Virus record (IMG/VR): IMGVR_UViG_3300042545_001134
Location: 186,001 to 250,000 of that record
Strand: one strand, 5' to 3'
Length of the DNA: 64,000 bases
The notes under the pieces are model-generated. The model was not told the origin of the DNA. It saw nothing but the letters and a program-made list of their open reading frames with translations, and made no database searches. Both the position numbers and the translations under genes were made by a program. Shown one piece after another: positions 30,339 to 39,800 of this stretch (its first letter is position 1; every line of letters begins with the position of its first letter).

Positions 30339-31712
30339 TTAACGATTTAATGTTTCTTGTCTTTTCTTGAACATTTCTGCTGCTCTATTGACATTGGTTT
30401 TCACTGTTTGTTCTTGGTGACCAAGTAGAGTTGTCTGAGTCTCGGTGTCGATAATTAAGAATTTGTTATCGAACTTACAGTTGTTCCATATTACACCGTC
30501 TTGACCAATACGTGATTTCAGTAAGGTCATCGTTGCTAAATTGTGTTCTTTCTGTTCAAGTGTTTTACCTACTGATAAAACTACGTGACCAATTTGTGCC
30601 TTCTTAATAGAGCCACCCATTTGGTCTGTTGTTACCACCTCTGATGAAATAGATTCTCTGTTACCCTGAGTTGCCGTCCAAATTGCGATGTTGAATTCAG
30701 TCGTCATCGATTCAAGACTTCTCATAACAGAACCCTCACCTTTCCATTCTTCACCAAAATTAGACCTATCAGGGCTGATACAATCAACATAATCAATAAG
30801 TAACATGTCAATTTGTTTTCCTTCTGAAACTTGTTTTCTAATTCTTGATTTAATTTCAGATATTGTTACAGAATCACTTGGTAATTTAATAATACTAAGT
30901 GAACCCTTACATCTACCCTGAAGTTCCTCAACCATTTCTTTAACCTCTTCTTTTCTTTCTGGTTGTTCATCGGGTTCAATACCCGTCCAAATAGTGAAGT
31001 GTTTTCTTTTAATGTTTGCCGGATTATCTTCAAAAAATATTTGAAGTACGTGGAAATCGTGAACATATGCAGAGTTGGCGAACTTGGTTAACAAAGTGGT
31101 TTTACCGGTACCTGTTGGTGCCAATACAACTCCTAATTCACCTCTTCCTAAACCACCTTTCAACATATTGTCCAATCCGTTGATTCCGGTCGGTATTGCT
31201 TGTCGGTTGTCTTTTTCCAATGCGGCATCAATATCATGAAACACATCCATCGACTCTTCAGGTGGAATACCCACTTGTAATGCCTTTTGGATAATACTTT
31301 CAATTGTTTGATACTCATGGAATGCACCATTGTCAATAATGGTGTTTACCTTTTTTAGTTCTTTTCTAAGGTTTTGTTGTTTACAAAAGTTCAACGCCTC
31401 ATCTTTAACCAATTGTTCGGTATCTTCTTTTTCTTTAATCGATTCGATAGTATCGAGGTGGATTCTGGCACTCTCTTGTGAGCCCATTTCAAGTACTATC
31501 TTTTGACTTAAACTATCATAATTGGGAATTTTACCGTATTTCGTGTAAAGTTCCTTAATGTGTTGAGTGATGAATCTAAAAGAATTATTATCAAAGTACT
31601 TGCTCTCGATTACATCAATAATTGTTTCCCCATATTTCTTATCCTCAATTATCGCCTTAATTAGTGCCTGTTGGAATGATGTTCCGAGAAGACCAAAGTT
31701 CTTTTCTGTCAT
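30339..31712 (-). CDS. replicative DNA helicase (DnaB / T4 gp41-like)
   Basis: IPTGINGLD..LKGGL, Walker A APTGTGKT, LLIDYVD, WTATQGNR and LKSRIG. Confidence 0.92.
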   Translation of the reverse strand: MTEKNFGLLGTSFQQALIKAIIEDKKYGETIIDVIESKYFDNNSFRFITQHIKELYTKYGKIPNYDSLSQKIVLEMGSQESARIHLDTIESIKEKEDTEQLVKDEALNFCKQQNLRKELKKVNTIIDNGAFHEYQTIESIIQKALQVGIPPEESMDVFHDIDAALEKDNRQAIPTGINGLDNMLKGGLGRGELGVVLAPTGTGKTTLLTKFANSAYVHDFHVLQIFFEDNPANIKRKHFTIWTGIEPDEQPERKEEVKEMVEELQGRCKGSLSIIKLPSDSVTISEIKSRIRKQVSEGKQIDMLLIDYVDCISPDRSNFGEEWKGEGSVMRSLESMTTEFNIAIWTATQGNRESISSEVVTTDQMGGSIKKAQIGHVVLSVGKTLEQKEHNLATMTLLKSRIGQDGVIWNNCKFDNKFLIIDTETQTTLLGHQEQTVKTNVNRAAEMFKKRQETLNR

Positions 31713-31735
31713 GTTACAAAGTTATATTTTTATTT

Positions 31736-32179
31736 TTAAAGTTGGTAATTTAAATAAGTTGTTTCTAATACATCGGTAGATAGTATGTCAGTTAACACTG
31801 CCAAGTATCTCTTTAGATTAGGACGAATATCCACCGTATATCTCACCTTTGGATGGAAGAAATATGCGGGAATGATTCTTGAAATAAATACATCGTCACC
31901 CATCTTAATTTCAAGAAGGAAATGTTCTTTTTCGTCATTATCACTGGTCTCTACATTGGTCAAACCATAAAAATATTCACGATTCTCATAGAGATAGTCG
32001 GAAGTTTTTATTCTCAAACCATCAAAAATTTCGTCTGAAATTTCTTTTACGTACTCATGTATATCCATCGAACGTCTAGATTGTGGGTTATGCTCTCTTA
32101 CGTTGAAAAAACGTTGGCAGATAATGTTTCCTTCAAGAGTTAAAAGGAATTCGAATTTGGTTACATCTTGATTATTCAT
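31736..32179 (-). CDS. hypothetical protein in the replication operon
   Basis: 147-aa ORF overlapping the upstream exonuclease gene by 8 nt; no motif recognised. Confidence 0.7.
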   Translation of the reverse strand: MNNQDVTKFEFLLTLEGNIICQRFFNVREHNPQSRRSMDIHEYVKEISDEIFDGLRIKTSDYLYENREYFYGLTNVETSDNDEKEHFLLEIKMGDDVFISRIIPAYFFHPKVRYTVDIRPNLKRYLAVLTDILSTDVLETTYLNYQL

Positions 32180-33194
32180 TGTTTTTAATTTTTATTATTT
32201 TTTTATTTTTTTCTTTTCTTGTTAATCGGAGGAATGGATTTAAAAAATTAATCCACGCATCGTCTGATTTGGGTAAGAGAAGGAAGATACCATCTTCCAT
32301 CATCATCTTCATCGTGTTTTTATAAGAACGACCTTCGGGGTCCATTTTATCATGGATTAGTGATTCAACCGACTCCTTTGCCTCATCTGTTAGAAATGGG
32401 TTATCTAAACTTACTATTCGACTGTTAACATCAAAAAATTCTTCACCCAGTACCCCATATTTGGTCACTCCCGTGAGCAAATTGGTGATTAGACGATTAT
32501 CCCTATCCTGTTCGAATAAGTCGTTAAAACGGTTCCTAATGAATTCTAATGTAAGTTCTTCAGTTTTTAGTTCAGGGACAACTGATAAGAGTCTTCTAAC
32601 GCCGAGGTTTTTAATTCCTGCAATGTTATCTGACGGGTCACCACACAACATCTTTACTAATTTGATGTTCTCGATTCTAATCTCTTCGTGGTCATAAACA
32701 AACATATCTTTTGGTTGATATAGTTTACTATGTGAAGGATTAAACAGTTTTGTGTTTTCTGAAACTAATTGTGTTAAATCTCCATCTGATGAGAATATGA
32801 TAATATTCTCCTTTGGTGAGTTTTGTGAATAGTATGCAACAGAATCGTCAGTTTCACAGTATTCGTATTCACCTTGACGGACAAAAAGTTCTTCCAAATA
32901 TTGTTTTACTCGGTTTCTTTGTTGTCCGTATGCGGTTACTTCTTCTTCTGTTCTAATCCGACTTTTTCTATTCTCTTTGTATTGGTGATAGTATCTCTTG
33001 CGAGATGCAGAACCCTCTTCACCATCCCAAAAAACGACTATTTTGTCTAAATGGTGGATTTCAACCATTCTACGAAGGGTATTAATAAAGTGATATAAAC
33101 CACCAATATGATTCCCTTTGTAGAAATGATTTTTAAGTCCAAAAAACCCAATGGTCAATAAATTATCTCCATCAACCAATAAAACATTTGACAT
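32172..33194 (-). CDS. 5'-3' exonuclease / flap endonuclease (T4 RNase H, Pol I N-terminal-like)
   Basis: LLVDGDNL, VFWDG, YKENR, ETDD, SSDGDLTQL and H3TH motif GDPSDNIAGIKNLG. Confidence 0.93.
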   Translation of the reverse strand: MSNVLLVDGDNLLTIGFFGLKNHFYKGNHIGGLYHFINTLRRMVEIHHLDKIVVFWDGEEGSASRKRYYHQYKENRKSRIRTEEEVTAYGQQRNRVKQYLEELFVRQGEYEYCETDDSVAYYSQNSPKENIIIFSSDGDLTQLVSENTKLFNPSHSKLYQPKDMFVYDHEEIRIENIKLVKMLCGDPSDNIAGIKNLGVRRLLSVVPELKTEELTLEFIRNRFNDLFEQDRDNRLITNLLTGVTKYGVLGEEFFDVNSRIVSLDNPFLTDEAKESVESLIHDKMDPEGRSYKNTMKMMMEDGIFLLLPKSDDAWINFLNPFLRLTRKEKNKKIIKIKNNE

Positions 33195-33233
33195 TTAGTC
33201 TTTTCGTATTAAACGTTAAACAATAAAATAAAA

Positions 33234-34256
33234 TTAATCCTCGTCTTCGTATCCGACTTCAAATTCGATACCTGCAATGTCAGTGATTTTTTCACCGAAA
33301 AGTCTTGTTCCAATGTACTCTAAGTTGTTCTTCAAGTAATCTTCTCTTGACTTCTTTTCTTCAACAGCGTCTCTCATTTTCATGAAACCGTGTGATGTGA
33401 CCATGATTTTTCCATCGGCGAATGAGATACCATTTACGTGGTTCTTCATTACTGAAATTTTACTTCTACTTCCGATGTTTGCCTTTCTACCTTTTCTTGT
33501 AATATCAATTTTAGTAGTACCGGCATTTTTTTGGTTACCAAATAAGAAAACTAATGTTGAGTTTAACCAAATTGATTCTCCTCCTTTTGCTTTAATTTTT
33601 GGTTGACCGTATGGATTATCAGGTAACTCAACCCATGGTTGGTTTACGATGATAAGTGTGTTTGTGTGTTTTTTATCCGCTCTTCTTGAACCTGAAATAC
33701 GTTGGTTAATACCCATACCGATTTTATCGGCCAATGTTGACGCATTATGTTGTTTACCACCTTTACCTTCAAATGTCATTTTACATGGAACAGAACCAAC
33801 AGAATCCCAAAGGAATAACAAATCATAAGGAATTGTACCTTTTTCTTGTGCATCCAATAATTCATTAATGAAATCAGTAATTTGTTCAATGTATTCAAAA
33901 TCATTTCTGAAAATGAATTGACCCGAATAAGTAATTTCACCCGTAGATTTGTCTAAATCCTCAGTTACGGGAATACCCATAATATCTGCGTGTTCAAATG
34001 CAAATTTTTGTTCGGTGATAATAAAGACAGGAAGAATTTCTTTCTTGATTGCATCTGCGGCGGCAGATAAAAGTGCCGTAGTTTTACCTGTATCTGAATG
34101 TCCTAAGAACATATTGATGTGTCCAAGTGCGGGACCGGGAATACCGGTTGCATCCAAGAACGCATCTCCAAGGTCTAAGAACCTATCAGGTTTGTAGGTC
34201 ATTTTACTCGAATACTTCGAGATAACACTCGAAAAGTCTTGTTTCTTTATTGCCAT
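33234..34256 (-). CDS. RecA/UvsX-like recombinase
   Basis: Walker A GHSDTGKTT, WDSVGS, IIVNQ, KGGE and KNH motifs. Confidence 0.88.
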   Translation of the reverse strand: MAIKKQDFSSVISKYSSKMTYKPDRFLDLGDAFLDATGIPGPALGHINMFLGHSDTGKTTALLSAAADAIKKEILPVFIITEQKFAFEHADIMGIPVTEDLDKSTGEITYSGQFIFRNDFEYIEQITDFINELLDAQEKGTIPYDLLFLWDSVGSVPCKMTFEGKGGKQHNASTLADKIGMGINQRISGSRRADKKHTNTLIIVNQPWVELPDNPYGQPKIKAKGGESIWLNSTLVFLFGNQKNAGTTKIDITRKGRKANIGSRSKISVMKNHVNGISFADGKIMVTSHGFMKMRDAVEEKKSREDYLKNNLEYIGTRLFGEKITDIAGIEFEVGYEDED

Positions 34257-34279
34257 ATTAATAATATAAGTTTTTTTTT

Positions 34280-34325
34280 AAAAAAAGGACACCCTCAAAG
34301 ACAAAAAGTCCGTGAGAATGTCCTT
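34280..34325 (-). terminator. intrinsic terminator after SSB
   Basis: AAGGACAUUCUCA...UGAGGGUGUCCUU stem followed by a U-run. Confidence 0.75.
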
Positions 34326-34336
34326 GGGGGGTTAGA

Positions 34337-35182
34337 TTAGAATGGTAAATCGTCGTCAGATTCAGCTTCAGATTGTGCATCGTATACTGGTTCTGATGGT
34401 GTGGATGTTGATGGTGCCATTATTTGAGTTTCTTCTTGAGAATTTGAAACAAATTTCTTAGTTTCTGAATCCCATCTAGGAACTTCACCTTTAGCAATCA
34501 TCTCCAAATAGTCTTCAGGTTTTTTAGAGTAAACATCGTTCCATGTTAATTCGTCATTAACCCACGATTGTGAAACCGTTTCATCATTGTTTAATGGACT
34601 TGCATCCTCATACATGATTGAACTAATGGTTGTGTATTCTCTACCGTTACCTGCCTTACTCAAACCAAGAGTAACAATTAAGTCACGTCCTGAATTGATA
34701 TCGGTAATATCTCCTTTGTTTTTAAATAGTGGGAAAATTTTGTCAAGAATTCCTTCTTGCTTACTGTTGTGTTTAAAACGCCAGAACTTTGGTCCGTCCT
34801 GTTCGTTTTCACGGTCAATCACTTTAACGATGTAAAATTTACGTGCTCTGTACTGACGAGCAAGAACCTTGTCAGATTCTAAACCTGTCATCATTAACGC
34901 ATCATAAACTTCGTTTAATGGAGAGCGTTTGCCCTCTTGTTTTGGGTCATAAAGTTTAAGCCAATTTCCATCAACTTGAACTTCGTGGAAGTACGCTTCT
35001 TTAAATGGAGAACTTCCGTCAGTCGTAGGAATGATACGGATTCTTTTTTCCCCACTTCTAGCACCTTTTGGTAAAAGGGTAGTGAAGTACTTTTTTAATC
35101 GGTCTTCTTGAGACACTCTGTTTTGGTTGCCACTTGTGGCATTCTTGTTGTACTGTGCTAGTACTGAATCAAATGTTGACAT
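34337..35182 (-). CDS. single-stranded DNA-binding protein (T4 gp32-like)
   Basis: RIRIIP...SPFKEAYFH, FYIVKVIDR, DITD..SGRDL and acidic tail ESDDDLPF; next to the recombinase. Confidence 0.82.
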   Translation of the reverse strand: MSTFDSVLAQYNKNATSGNQNRVSQEDRLKKYFTTLLPKGARSGEKRIRIIPTTDGSSPFKEAYFHEVQVDGNWLKLYDPKQEGKRSPLNEVYDALMMTGLESDKVLARQYRARKFYIVKVIDRENEQDGPKFWRFKHNSKQEGILDKIFPLFKNKGDITDINSGRDLIVTLGLSKAGNGREYTTISSIMYEDASPLNNDETVSQSWVNDELTWNDVYSKKPEDYLEMIAKGEVPRWDSETKKFVSNSQEETQIMAPSTSTPSEPVYDAQSEAESDDDLPF

Positions 35183-35221
35183 AAATCTTGGTTTTTAAAT
35201 TGTTTATAGTAAAATATAGAT

Positions 35222-35250
35222 AAAAAAAGTCGAATTACAAAATCCGACTT
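35222..35250 (-). terminator. intrinsic terminator separating late genes from the SSB promoter
   Basis: AAGUCGGAU-UUUGUA-AUUCGACUU followed by UUUUU. Confidence 0.75.
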
Positions 35251-35313
35251 CAAATATTTTCAAAAAAGTTGTTTTCCCTTATAAATCCCAATCTATGGGA
35301 GTTGGGACTGTTG

Positions 35314-35550
35314 TTATCTCCATTTGATAACATAATCATTGTTGGTACCCATAAATGAATTTGACTTTGCATAAACTTTATATCCGTATACGTTAGTCAA
35401 ATCGCTAATCATGTTCTCATTTAAAAAATGTTGTGGTATACTCAACTCATATAAACCTTGTGAAGTTGCTCCCGTAATTAAAGTATTAATGTACGATAAC
35501 GAACCTGTTGTTGTGTTAGACGCTATAACCGCTGCTGAACCTGATATCAT
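35314..35550 (-). CDS. small hypothetical protein
   Basis: 78-aa ORF tightly packed between neighbours on the coding strand. Confidence 0.65.
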   Translation of the reverse strand: MISGSAAVIASNTTTGSLSYINTLITGATSQGLYELSIPQHFLNENMISDLTNVYGYKVYAKSNSFMGTNNDYVIKWR

Positions 35551-35551
35551 T

Positions 35552-35923
35552 TTATTCTAGTGTTAATAAGTATTTTAATTTATTGATTGCTCCCAACATT
35601 TCGTCTCTCACATTTAAGAGATTAGTATCAGACTCTTCTAATTGTTCTGAAAATTGATTCAACGCAGAAATTATAACATCTAACATCGCCTCAGGTTTAA
35701 GTTCCTTCAAATTCGCTAATTGAATTGTGTTGGTTTCGTCATCTAATGTGAATCTACCGTACTTACCCATTGCTTCTTCAACAAAGGTATCAATTAAATC
35801 TTCTAAAGTATCATATGTCACACCAAATGCGTTATGTCTTGCATAACCTTTTGTCTGCCAATGAAATATTCTTAACTGTGCTTGTAACCCTAAAAAAAGG
35901 TTGACATTAGAATTTAAAATCAT
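35552..35923 (-). CDS. ferritin/Dps-like four-helix-bundle protein
   Basis: LRIFHWQTKGYARHNAFG..YD.LEDLIDTFVE resembles the Dps HW...H....D..E pattern. Confidence 0.65.
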   Translation of the reverse strand: MILNSNVNLFLGLQAQLRIFHWQTKGYARHNAFGVTYDTLEDLIDTFVEEAMGKYGRFTLDDETNTIQLANLKELKPEAMLDVIISALNQFSEQLEESDTNLLNVRDEMLGAINKLKYLLTLE

Positions 35924-36563
35924 CTTCCTGTTGTTCTGGATTAAATGTGTTTTTTATTGTTTGGGGCGAATAAGTGTCAATGTCTTGTTTAGTTAAAACA
36001 TATTCATTTTTACCACTTTGTCTCATTTCACCTTGTTTTTGTGCAAAGAATTGTTGTGGGTTCTGATTAAATGGATACGAATCAAATGAACGCATTTCAA
36101 GTTTCTCTTCAGGAGTTTTTTCTCTCATCGTTTCAACCTTGTTGCCAAGTTCATCAATTTTACTCATAACCGCATCCATCTGTGCTAATTTTTGTTCTAA
36201 ATCTGATAACTTACTGAATACGTCATCCATTTTACTAACAACACCTTCGTTTTCCGATTTACTATCGTCAAGGTCTTGTTTAATAGACTTAGTCATATTA
36301 ACCAAATCAGTAATATCGATTTCTTCAGTATCGCCACCTTCCGCCGGTACATCTGTTGGTATCGGTTCGTCTGTTGGCATTTCAGCATCAGGTGCTCCCA
36401 TATCTGCTGGAGGTGGAGGTAATTCACCACCTTCTACCGGTGGTTCAATTGCCGCAGGGTCTTCAACAGGTACTCCCTGTTCGTTCATAAGTTTAGTTGT
36501 GTACTTATTAATAGCATTAAATCTTGCTACCTCTTCTATTAATTGTTTTTCTAAGTTATTCAT
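35907..36563 (-). CDS. hypothetical acidic Pro-rich coiled-coil protein (possible head/scaffold-associated)
   Basis: 218 aa. Pro/Glu-rich linker followed by heptad coiled coil LSDLEQKLAQMDAVMSKIDELGNKVE. Confidence 0.55.
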   Translation of the reverse strand: MNNLEKQLIEEVARFNAINKYTTKLMNEQGVPVEDPAAIEPPVEGGELPPPPADMGAPDAEMPTDEPIPTDVPAEGGDTEEIDITDLVNMTKSIKQDLDDSKSENEGVVSKMDDVFSKLSDLEQKLAQMDAVMSKIDELGNKVETMREKTPEEKLEMRSFDSYPFNQNPQQFFAQKQGEMRQSGKNEYVLTKQDIDTYSPQTIKNTFNPEQQEDDFKF

Positions 36564-36567
36564 GATA

Positions 36568-36771
36568 TTAATCTTGTAAAAGTTGTCTACCGTCTTCGGT
36601 AATGAATTTTTTATTTATTCTTTCAACAATACCATCTTTAGACCTGATAACATAACATTCACCAGTTCTTAGGTCACACTCTTCTCTTTCCATTCCGTCC
36701 TGAGAAACACTACTTACCATCTTAGGGGAAATGTAGTTGTTAAGCGCATCGTTTAATTTATCGTTATTCAT
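36568..36771 (-). CDS. small hypothetical late protein
   Basis: 67 aa; TATTTATA at 36784-36791. Confidence 0.65.
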   Translation of the reverse strand: MNNDKLNDALNNYISPKMVSSVSQDGMEREECDLRTGECYVIRSKDGIVERINKKFITEDGRQLLQD

Positions 36772-36835
36772 AGTATTTTTTTATATAAATATCATAGAAA
36801 TGAGAAAACTCGTTGTTTAAACCACTAATAAAAAG

Positions 36836-39800
36836 TTATGATAGTTTAAAATACACCACATCTCCATCATATAATCCAAGTTCGGACATTAATGACGGTG
36901 ACATACCCATTCCATAACCTGAAACATTTGGTCCATTACCTACTGGTCCATTGGTTACAATAGTTCCTATTGATTCCGCTAATTGATAACTTGGGTTCAA
37001 TGTATATGTTTTACCGTTTTTAGGATTCTTAAATTCTGTTTTTGCCGTTCTAATTTTTTCCGAACTCGCAATGTTTGATAAAAAGGTAGTATTGTAAAAC
37101 TTATAATTGGCTCCACTGATTTTTGACCATTTAATACCGTCAGCAACTCCCATTGTGGTATCGGGGTCAATTGGGTACTTTTCTCCACCCATTTTTACCA
37201 CCACCGCTCTTAACCATGTTCCATTGTTATCAACTTTTTGAATGTCTTTTTGGTTTTTATAACCATTATATGGTATTCCAAATTCAGTAACCCCCACTTT
37301 TGGTTCAGACTTAGTTATTTCTTCACCTTGTATTGTTTTACCTGCTCTATCTGTTGAGTATGCTATACCTTCATAAGTAACAACCTCTTCTTTTGATTCA
37401 CTAGGTTTTTCGTTTTGTTTAAGTATCGATTGAGCCTTTGATGCCATTCTATCAAATAAAACACGGTAACTTGAAATAAATGAGTCTTTAGGGTCAGGTA
37501 AAGATGTATACGGAATTCTTGCACCAGAAAACGTTGTTGTAATTGTATTACCCTTAATTGAGTGACTTACTTCCGTAATCCAATATGAACCTTTAAACAT
37601 TGGTATGTTTTTTAAATAAAAGTACATTGTTGGTTGAATCATTACATTACCCATACATGTGACTTCACATTTATATGACGCTTGTTTGTAATAGTCAAAT
37701 AAACTAACATCCACATTATATGCACCCGCACCTGATTCTGACCTAGCCAAATTTTCTAAAACCACAAATGATTCAGATGTGTTCTTTAAGGTTGATTGGT
37801 CTAATTGTACCCCCTTGAAAATACCTTGGTTTTGGTCACCAAAACTTACCTCGAATGCAACTACTTTATTTGATTTACTCAAATCAGTTGCCGCAAAACT
37901 TTCTAATGATGTAATCACTAATGGATTGTTATTTACGCTACCAATGTAAAAACTATCATCCGCAAACTTATATTCTTTACTATTTGATAAGTCAGGTCTT
38001 TTTGATGACGCTCCGACTAACTGAATAATAATCTTTGGTGACGATTCCTGATAATCAACTTCTAAAAAGGTACCGAATAAATTTTTGGCAACATTTTTAG
38101 ATGGTGTAATCTTTGTTTTACTTTTTAAGTTCGTACCATAGAAATTAACATATGCGGGGAGTGCCCTCATATCGAGACCCGTTCCCTGTATCAATATTGA
38201 TATTGACCCATATAAACTTTGCTTCATGTTATTTGGGTGTAATAAATTTGTAATCCTATCTATATTCATATAGAATTTATCCCCAATGTCTCTATTCGCT
38301 TTATCTAAAAATAAAAATTCTTCAAGTAATAATCTTTGACCGATTGAGTTACCGGCGGTCCATTTGTCATTAAATGATTTGAAGGTATTATACAATTCTA
38401 ACTTCGTATCGTTCGTGTTATATCCTTGGTATCTTCTAATATCGGTGGATGAGTCTTTTCTTTCGATATTACCCTTTTTACTAATTTCCCCTAACACTAT
38501 AGTTAAGAAATATTTTAATCTAACGTCAGAACCACTCGCATAAATCTTATTTCCTTGCCCCTGAAACACGGATAGTCTAAGATACTCCCTAAATGCCGCC
38601 TTTGTGTTGGTTCCACCTGACTTTCTATATCCCGCATAGATTTGTACTAATGGTCTAAATCTGATAATATTTTCTTCAGTAAGTTTTATGTCATTAACAC
38701 CAAAGAAATCTTGATAGTAACCGTCGATATCCTCTCCAATGTATAATTTAATAAAATTTTGATTTGTTGGGGTTAGGTCACTGTTATTATACGTGGCAAC
38801 ACTAAAAACATTGTAATTATCAAAAGATGTCATACCGTAAAACGTATATGGGTCAATTTCTTTTGGATTTGCCAATGTGAATTTTATAATATTATTAACA
38901 CTTAACAAACGGTTACTCACCGATTTTGATTTTTCAAGTTGTCTATCTTTTACAATGTTGAACATTGTATTAGACGTACTATCAGTGGTTTCTTTAGGTA
39001 CGGTCACCAATTCTTTAAGTAAGTCTTGGAATTTACCGTAGTTTAAGTTGTCAAATGTTTGGAATGGTATCTCATCATTAGTTTTTTCAGACGCAAAATC
39101 TAAGAACATTCCTTCAAACGATTCTAATATTTGTGGACTGAAAGTTCCAATTAAATCAATTACCTTTCTGTAGTTTGCGTCAATCGTAAATGTGTTATCC
39201 GTGGTTGAACCCGAAACGTAGTTTCTTGGGTATTCGGAATATGATGCAAATGTTTTACCTGAAAATTCATCAGTTACACTCTCATCTATCCACCAACCTC
39301 TAAATGTATATTGTTCAGCAAAATCAAATGTCTCTAAATTCTTATTACCTAAATCCGATTGGTTTAAACCATGGGACGGTAATAATGTATAAAATTGTTC
39401 CGTTGATTTATATTTTGAGTTATCAACCAACACACTCCAATAAGTGTTATTATTATTTCCTTTAAGTGGTTTGTGTATAATATTATTGGTGTTTGTTTTA
39501 CCCGTATAGTCAGTATTACCCGAATAAACATTATAATGTGAATACCCATTAACAATTTGATGAAATATTGACTGATAATATGGATTTAAACCTACGTTAT
39601 TTGACAACGAATGGTTAATAGTATTTGCACCTACGGTAAATGTCTCAAAAGTTGTACCTGTGAATCCACCATCAAAAAATGAACTACCGGTTATTGGTTG
39701 AGTAACGTTACTTGAATTTACAAATCCACTTAAAATATCAACACCGTCGATAATTTGTTTTTTATATCTATGATACATCGCACCCCACTTTAACATTAAG

